Under the pieces are notes generated by a model. The model was not told the origin of the DNA. It was given only the letters and a program-made list of their open reading frames with translations, and searched no databases. Below are positions 58,027 to 64,000 of a stretch of 64,000 nt of DNA, one piece after another. Source of the stretch: Minisyncoccia bacterium (GTDB taxonomy: Bacteria; Patescibacteriota; Minisyncoccia; Phycocordibacterales; CAIZLB01); NCBI GenBank assembly GCA_041752275.1, contig JBGSHK010000008.1, forward strand, positions 70,543 to 134,542. Reading direction: 5' to 3'. The position numbers were made by a program, and so were the translations under genes. The first letter of the stretch is position 1, and each line of letters begins with the position of its first letter.

Positions 58027-59673
58027 ATGATTTTACACGAAATAGTAACAATTGAATCAGTAGCTTTATTGTCTACAGCTTTTTTAAATATAGTACTTTT
58101 TATTATTTTAATAACAAATGATAAAAAAAACAAAAATATATATTTTTTTTCAGGATTTATATTTTCCATGTTTTTTTGGGTAGCAAACACTTTTTTATTT
58201 TATATAATAAATGATAAAGATGTTTTACTGATAAATACTCATCTAATATACCTAGCACCACCTTTTATACCTGTTTTCATGATACTTTTTGCAAAAACTT
58301 TTCCCAAAGAAAAATTAAATTTTTCAAGAAGAAAACTGGCTATTTTTCTAACCCCTGCTTTTATTGTTTCTACAATATCTTTGATACCCAATGCTGTTAT
58401 AGACGATGTTGTTATCATAAATGAATATTATAAATATATTACATATGGACCTTTATATCCTTTATATTTTATATATATAACATTTTATTTTTACATGGTT
58501 ATAGATGTAATGATTAGAAAATATTTAATACTTAAAGGTTTACAAAGAAATCAAGTTGAAACCATTTTCTTAACATTAATTATAGGTTCTTTTGTTGGTG
58601 TATTTTCAAGTTTAATCATGCCAACATATGGAAATTTTGATTTATTCTGGGTAGGATCTTTTTATAGTGGATACTTAGCCGTTGCAGCATTTTATGGAAT
58701 AATAAAATATGGTCTTTTTGACATAAAACTTGTAGCAACGGAGTTCTTAGCTTTTTCAACATGGGTATTGTTACTTATAAAAATATTTTTTAATGATAGT
58801 TTACAGAACAGAATAATAGACTCAGTAATCCTTGTAATAATAATTATATCCAGTATATTATTAATAAAAACAGTTAAAAAAGAGATAAAATTAAGAGAGA
58901 AAGATGACACATTACTAATTGATATAACCAATTTGAATGCAAGACTCGAAAACACAAACATAAAACTTAAAGAGTTAGACCAAAAAAAATCTGAATTTAT
59001 ATCATTGGCAACACATCAGCTTAGAACACCATTAACTTCGATGAAAGGATATTCTTCCATGTTACTTGATGGAACTTTTGGTAAAATAAATAATCCAGAA
59101 ATAGAGGAAGCTATAAGTAAAATACATAGATCATCTATAGATTTATCTATGATAGTTGAAGACTATTTAAACATATCACGTATAGAGCAAGGTAAAATGC
59201 AATACAATATTTCAAGTATAAATTTAATAGATTTAATAAAAAATATTTTAGAGGAATTTAAATCTACAGCAAACAGATTACATCTTAATTTAAATTTACA
59301 TTATGATAATAATTTTGATTATAAAATAAGAGCTGATGAAGGTAAAATAAAACAAGTTTTTGTAAACATTATAGACAATGCCATTAAATATACTCCAGCA
59401 GGGGATATTGATGTTTTTATAGAAAAAATAGATGCACAAAAGAAAATATTAGTTAGAATAAAAGATACAGGAATAGGTATAAAAAAAGAAGTTTTACCAA
59501 ATCTTTTTCACAAATTTGTTCGAGCGCCGGACGCATCTCGTGTTAATATACTTGGTACAGGATTAGGACTTTACGCTGCAGGGGAAATATTAAAAGCTCA
59601 CAAATCTCGCGCATGGGTAGAATCAAACGGTGAAGGACATGGGTCAACTTTTTATGTAGAGATAAATATTTAA
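58027..59673 (+). CDS. Paralogous sensor histidine kinase with HisKA_7TM-like domain
   Basis: Same layout; ATHQLRTPLT, NIIDNAIKYT, DTGIGI, GTGLGL. Confidence 0.92.
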   Translation: MILHEIVTIESVALLSTAFLNIVLFIILITNDKKNKNIYFFSGFIFSMFFWVANTFLFYIINDKDVLLINTHLIYLAPPFIPVFMILFAKTFPKEKLNFSRRKLAIFLTPAFIVSTISLIPNAVIDDVVIINEYYKYITYGPLYPLYFIYITFYFYMVIDVMIRKYLILKGLQRNQVETIFLTLIIGSFVGVFSSLIMPTYGNFDLFWVGSFYSGYLAVAAFYGIIKYGLFDIKLVATEFLAFSTWVLLLIKIFFNDSLQNRIIDSVILVIIIISSILLIKTVKKEIKLREKDDTLLIDITNLNARLENTNIKLKELDQKKSEFISLATHQLRTPLTSMKGYSSMLLDGTFGKINNPEIEEAISKIHRSSIDLSMIVEDYLNISRIEQGKMQYNISSINLIDLIKNILEEFKSTANRLHLNLNLHYDNNFDYKIRADEGKIKQVFVNIIDNAIKYTPAGDIDVFIEKIDAQKKILVRIKDTGIGIKKEVLPNLFHKFVRAPDASRVNILGTGLGLYAAGEILKAHKSRAWVESNGEGHGSTFYVEINI

Positions 59674-59773
59674 TTTAGTCTTAAAAATTGTTAAATTAAG
59701 ACTAACAGGGGAGTACGATATCATTTTTGTAAAGTTTTAATACATACATACAATGTTCTATAATGATTATGTC

Positions 59774-59848
59774 ATGCAAACACAACAACAAGAACTGTTT
59801 TTTGATTTTTTTGGCGAATGGATTTATCAAGTTAATTTCTCAATTTAA
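59774..59848 (+). CDS. Possible 24-aa small peptide
   Basis: MQTQQQELFFDFFGEWIYQVNFSI, TATAAT 9 nt upstream, GGTGGGG/CCCCACC terminator downstream. Confidence 0.3.
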   Translation: MQTQQQELFFDFFGEWIYQVNFSI

Positions 59849-60397
59849 GATTAACTAGATTCATTTCATTTAAATAAACTCATAGGTGGGGAAATATAAA
59901 CTAATAATTTATAAACCCCACCTTTTTTATTTGTCTGGGTTTATAGAGGCTACATATTCGCACCACGGGGAGTACTTCTAGTTTACTAACTCACTTTGTT
60001 CGTAAGTAAACTATGTCGCACAATATATCTTTTGCGACATTATATATTAAATATAATTATAATGCATCTAATAAATAAACCTGGCTTAGTCTACATATAT
60101 CTGTGGCCGACTTTATGTATATTTTCAATTAATCAATATGATCACTTATATCAGATATTTATATAATTTGGCTAAATTTGGAATTTTTTGATTTTTCTTA
60201 TATTTATAGATTTCACTCGATTATATAGCTTTTTTGAGGCAAAATTTGCCCGTTTAAGCACCGTTGTTTTATAAAGTGATACTTTGATACCTTTTGATTT
60301 AATCTCAAACATCCCCTATTTTACTTTTTTTCTAAAACTTGACATAAGTACTTATATGTTATAAATTATTTAGGTTAAGCATTAAAATAATAAAAAA

Positions 60398-60451
60398 ATG
60401 ACAATATTAATTTCCATAATCTGTGTAGCTTTAGCACTTTTATTATACTGA
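60398..60451 (+). CDS. Possible 17-aa hydrophobic micro-peptide
   Basis: MTILISIICVALALLLY, TTGACA at 60339 upstream and a long hairpin at about 60479-60518 downstream. Confidence 0.25.
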   Translation: MTILISIICVALALLLY

Positions 60452-60560
60452 ACTCAAATTATTATTATTTGTATTAGGTTATGCCATGATTATAGGAATG
60501 TTAAAATCATGGCATATAAGAAAAAAAATTTTAAATAAATAGATAAATAGTCAAACACAA

Positions 60561-60590
60561 AAAACCTCGCAGGTAATAAATCTGCGAGGT
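60561..60590 (-). terminator. Terminator of the Nramp gene
   Basis: ACCTCGCAG...CTGCGAGGT stem with an adjacent A-tract on the plus strand. Confidence 0.7.
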
Positions 60591-60631
60591 AAAATTTTGT
60601 CCGTTTTTTTTGAAAGTTCTATATAAACAAA

Positions 60632-61936
60632 CTATATAAACAAACTCACAATAGTCGCAATAGATGTTAGTCCCATAAGCACAGCTATAACCCAACCAAC
60701 AACATTTACAAGCTTAGAGTTTTTAAATTCTCCCATAATCTTTTCTTTACTACTTATATAAACTATACAGATAATAATCACAGGTGCTATTATACCGTTT
60801 GCTACAGCTGAATATATAAGTGCCTTGATTGGATTTATACCTAAAAAGTTTATAAGTATACCTATAACTATAGATATAATAATAACTCCATAAAAAGCCT
60901 TTGCTTCTTTTAAACGTCTATATAAACCCTCCTTCCAGTTCATACTTTCTGATATAGCGTATGCTGTTGATCCAGCTAAAACAGGTATAGAAAGTAAACC
61001 TGTGCCAATAATACCTAAGGCAAACAAAAGACTAGCAAATGGGCCACCAAATGGCTCCAGAGCTTTTGCAGCGTCTGCAGCGGTATCTATGTTAGTTATT
61101 CCTGAGGAAAACAGGGTGTTTGCTGTAACTGCTATGATAAAGAACATAACAAGGTTTGATAAAAACATTCCCGTCCAGACATCATATCTCATTTCTTTTA
61201 TCTCTGCTTTATTTGTACCTAAGCGTGATTCATCTGTAACTTTTCCCTGAGATATTTGTTCTTCAACTTCTTGAGATGTTTGCCAGAAAAATAAGTATGG
61301 TGATATAGTTGTACCCAATATACCAGTTATAAGTAAAAGTTGAGTTTTGGTAAAATCAATTTGTGGAATAAAACTGTCATGAAATATCTGTCCCCAATCC
61401 ATTTTTATAATAAAAGCTGTGGCAATGTATGAAAATAAACTTATAACTAGCCATTTTAAATATTTTGTATATTGTTTATATGGAATAAATATTTCTAAAA
61501 CTAAAATAAACAATCCTGTCGCTATAACAAGTAATGGAAAAGATAGTTGAGGGTACAAAAGTTCAACTGCTTTTGCCATAGCCCCCAGGTTGGCACCGAT
61601 GTTTAATGTGTTGGCTAAGAAAAGAAGTATTGTAGTTAAAAATAAAACTTTTTTAGAAAAAACTTTTTTTATGTTAGCGGCTAAACCTTGACCTGTAACT
61701 AAAGCTATGCGTGCACACATCTCTTGTATTGCTGCCATAAGAGGAAAAGTCCAGGCCGCCATCCAAAGCAAACCTGTGCCATATTGAGCTCCTGTTTGAG
61801 AATATGTGGCTATACCAGAAGGATCATCATCTGCTGCACCTGTTATGAGACCGGGTCCGAGTTTTTTAAAATAGTCTTCCCCTTTTTTTAAGTCTTTCTC
61901 GAGTTCTTTTTTTATTTCATCCATGATGTGAATCAT
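60632..61936 (-). CDS. Nramp-family divalent metal transporter
   Basis: LGPGLITGAADDDPSGIATYSQ.GA, LGTTISPYLFFWQ; about 11 TMs. Confidence 0.92.
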   Translation of the reverse strand: MIHIMDEIKKELEKDLKKGEDYFKKLGPGLITGAADDDPSGIATYSQTGAQYGTGLLWMAAWTFPLMAAIQEMCARIALVTGQGLAANIKKVFSKKVLFLTTILLFLANTLNIGANLGAMAKAVELLYPQLSFPLLVIATGLFILVLEIFIPYKQYTKYLKWLVISLFSYIATAFIIKMDWGQIFHDSFIPQIDFTKTQLLLITGILGTTISPYLFFWQTSQEVEEQISQGKVTDESRLGTNKAEIKEMRYDVWTGMFLSNLVMFFIIAVTANTLFSSGITNIDTAADAAKALEPFGGPFASLLFALGIIGTGLLSIPVLAGSTAYAISESMNWKEGLYRRLKEAKAFYGVIIISIVIGILINFLGINPIKALIYSAVANGIIAPVIIICIVYISSKEKIMGEFKNSKLVNVVGWVIAVLMGLTSIATIVSLFI

Positions 61937-62024
61937 TATAACCTTTTATTTATATATGTAAAAGAAAAATCGTATCAACATACACCAAGTTGTAAGAGAT
62001 ACGATTTTAAAATTACCTTTATTT

Positions 62025-62441
62025 TTAATTTTTTATTTTATTTTTTTTCTTTTTTATTCTCTTTCTGTGTATAACACGTTTTCTTATCATATTTGCTGAT
62101 CTTTCTATACCAAGAAAGTTTATCAAGGCAATATAATAGCCTGTAGATCTGAGTTTAAATCTTTTTCCAAAACTTACTTTACCTATAAAGCTTTCTACAG
62201 ACAGAATATAAAATTCCATTTTATCGTGACATTCACGACATAATGTAACTAAATCCACCTTACAATTCTCATCTTTTAGATGTACTTTTGGTATCACATG
62301 ATGCCAAGTAAGTTTGTTTTCATCACGACAATTACACTTTAAGCAAAAGTCAGTTTTCTTAAATTTGCGAACTATTATTATTTTGTGCTCCGGTTCTGGT
62401 TTAGATTCTGGTTTAGATTTTGGTTTTGATGATAGCTCCAC
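62025..62441 (-). CDS. HNH endonuclease
   Basis: CLKC...LTWHHVIP...LCRECHD. Confidence 0.8.
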   Translation of the reverse strand: MELSSKPKSKPESKPEPEHKIIIVRKFKKTDFCLKCNCRDENKLTWHHVIPKVHLKDENCKVDLVTLCRECHDKMEFYILSVESFIGKVSFGKRFKLRSTGYYIALINFLGIERSANMIRKRVIHRKRIKKKKNKIKN

Positions 62442-62495
62442 AACATAAGTTCCTTTCCGTATTTAGTTATACACCCAAAACAAGAAAACTACAAA

Positions 62496-63953
62496 TTAAA
62501 AATCATCGTGGCCACTAGGTTTATTGTTTAACAATCCATATCTTATCAAAGCCTCATTTCTAGCTAGTTTATGTTCTATAATTACTGGGACAATATAGTC
62601 TTTACCTAGCCATTTATCTCTGTAAACTCTATCTCCATCATAGTTTTCAGCCTGTGTGTATGGATTAAATATGCGTATAGGTTTTGGATCAGACCCAACA
62701 GATGCAGACCATTGCCACCCACCATTGTTTGAAGCTTCATCTAAGTCGGCAAGTATTGCTCTAAAGTACTCTTGTCCCCAGCGCCAATCTATACCAAGAT
62801 TTTTGGTTAATATACTCGCCACTATCATACGAGATCTGTTATGCATTTGACCGGTGTTTGCAACTTCTCGCATAGAAGCATCGACTATGTCATATCCTGT
62901 TTTACCTTGTATCCAAAATTTAAAAAACTTTATTGCTTCTTTGTTTTCACGCCATTCTATTTTGTTTTTATATCTTTTTTGAAATTCCTCATTTAAAACT
63001 GTAGGGTTGTGATAAAGAATATATTTATAAAACTCACGCCATACAAGTTCAGATATATAAGTTTGTATACCTAGCTGATGTATATTTTCATGACAGTTTT
63101 TTATTTCTCTCAACAATATGCGTGCTGATATTAAACCCCAAGTTAAACCTATAGCCATATCAGAGTTTGTGTTTTTTAGAAAATCTCTTTTGTCTTTATA
63201 GTTTAAAAGTCCATCATTTTTTATAAATTTTTTAAAAATAGTAAGTGCCTCTTTTTCTGTTGTGTAGACATGGTCAAGTTTTGGTCTTTCAATAAGTTCG
63301 TCTAAGTCCATGATGTTTTTACCAACTTTTATAAACCTTGTATCCGGAAACTGTTTTAATATATTTTTTTCATCTGGTTTTACTAACTGAGTTTTTGGAA
63401 AAATTTTCTCTATTTCTTTTTTAGATAAATAATTTATATCTTTATTTGGATTTGATTTTGAAGTTATAGGAGAGTCGACAAATTGAGGTAAAACATTATT
63501 TTTAAAAGGAGTAAAAATACTATAATAATTTCCAGTTATAGTTTTTGTCTCTTTGTTTACAGATATTGCATCTTCATAAACATTTATTTCGAGTCCGGCT
63601 TTTTTTAGCTTTTGTATTTGTTTATAAAAGTCTGGATGAATATCATCATTGACGTGGACCTTGACATTGTAAGATTTTGATAGTTTTGTCAATACTTGAC
63701 AAGTTTTACCTTTTATAACAAAAAAATCTTCAAAGTTTTCACCATACTGTGACAATATTTTTGATAACAAAACACGGGACGTATAACTGTATTGAAACTT
63801 AGGATCGCCCTCAGTCACATAGTCTTCAAGTATAAATAAAGGTAAAAACAAGTCATTCTCTCCCCTGCTCTTTTTCAAACAGTTGTATAAAGCCGGATTG
63901 TCATCTAAGCGAAAATCTCGTCTGGACCAGTAAATGTTGAGAACCTGCATCAC
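62496..63953 (-). CDS. phrB: Deoxyribodipyrimidine photolyase (class I CPD)
   Basis: WSRRDFRLDDNPAL, ELVWREFY, GKTGY.IVDASMR, MHNRSRMIVAS, NNGGWQWSAS, RIFNP. Confidence 0.93.
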   Translation of the reverse strand: MMQVLNIYWSRRDFRLDDNPALYNCLKKSRGENDLFLPLFILEDYVTEGDPKFQYSYTSRVLLSKILSQYGENFEDFFVIKGKTCQVLTKLSKSYNVKVHVNDDIHPDFYKQIQKLKKAGLEINVYEDAISVNKETKTITGNYYSIFTPFKNNVLPQFVDSPITSKSNPNKDINYLSKKEIEKIFPKTQLVKPDEKNILKQFPDTRFIKVGKNIMDLDELIERPKLDHVYTTEKEALTIFKKFIKNDGLLNYKDKRDFLKNTNSDMAIGLTWGLISARILLREIKNCHENIHQLGIQTYISELVWREFYKYILYHNPTVLNEEFQKRYKNKIEWRENKEAIKFFKFWIQGKTGYDIVDASMREVANTGQMHNRSRMIVASILTKNLGIDWRWGQEYFRAILADLDEASNNGGWQWSASVGSDPKPIRIFNPYTQAENYDGDRVYRDKWLGKDYIVPVIIEHKLARNEALIRYGLLNNKPSGHDDF

Positions 63954-64000
63954 TATGCTTTTGGTTTAACTTGTTTTGGTTTTTTTATTTGTTTATTTTT

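Noticed and set aside
59708-59716. GGGGAGTAC resembling a conserved 16S rRNA segment
   Set aside because: Only 9-10 nt match and the flanks are AT-rich and unlike rRNA
1055-62850. Many antisense or alternate-frame ORFs in the track (e.g. 1834-2085, 13757-14152, 17669-18076, 20928-21389, 34703-35197, 45998-46399, 50650-51045)
   Set aside because: They are shadows of well-supported genes and carry no motifs of their own
1-64000. Alternative genetic code 25 (Gracilibacteria/Absconditabacteria)
   Set aside because: Conserved genes are full length under code 11 with no internal TGA, and TGA ends some ORFs (e.g. 48179, 49951)

Overview
AT-rich bacterial chromosome segment whose gene set and style point to Patescibacteria/CPR (Parcubacteria-like). 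The signs are a short SMC, a reduced PriA, a degenerate HisS-like protein, a 4-domain S1, and genes starting right after an extended -10 box with no Shine-Dalgarno. This assignment is inferred, not searched; the genetic code looks like standard code 11. The first 3.5 kb is the right end of an integrated element (HTH/TerS-like gene plus a large serine recombinase) whose integrase reads into a tRNA-Asn gene. Next come a mannoside-salvage cluster (GH130 x2, PMM, PMI) and many housekeeping genes (smc, rnr, lepB, pth, rpsA, rpmA, fmt, def, priA, aspS, htpX, tyrS, gltX, cyclophilin, photolyase, tRNA-Ser), interleaved with single-gene orphan cassettes. The best candidates for undescribed systems are four. 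(1) Two unrelated RNase-toxin-like genes (PemK-like and PBECR-like) have no protein antitoxin, and each faces a convergent, promoter- and terminator-bounded structured small RNA; a third, decayed copy is also present. (2) An island holds a degenerate class Ia aminoacyl-tRNA-synthetase paralog, an NTP transferase, a hydrolase-nucleotidyltransferase-kinase fusion and a histidine phosphatase. (3) An acyl-ACP-reductase-like enzyme is coupled to two 7TM histidine kinases, a candidate lipid-signal circuit. (4) A PEP-CTERM protein occurs in a lineage not expected to use exosortase. All product calls come from motif recognition by eye; no database was searched.
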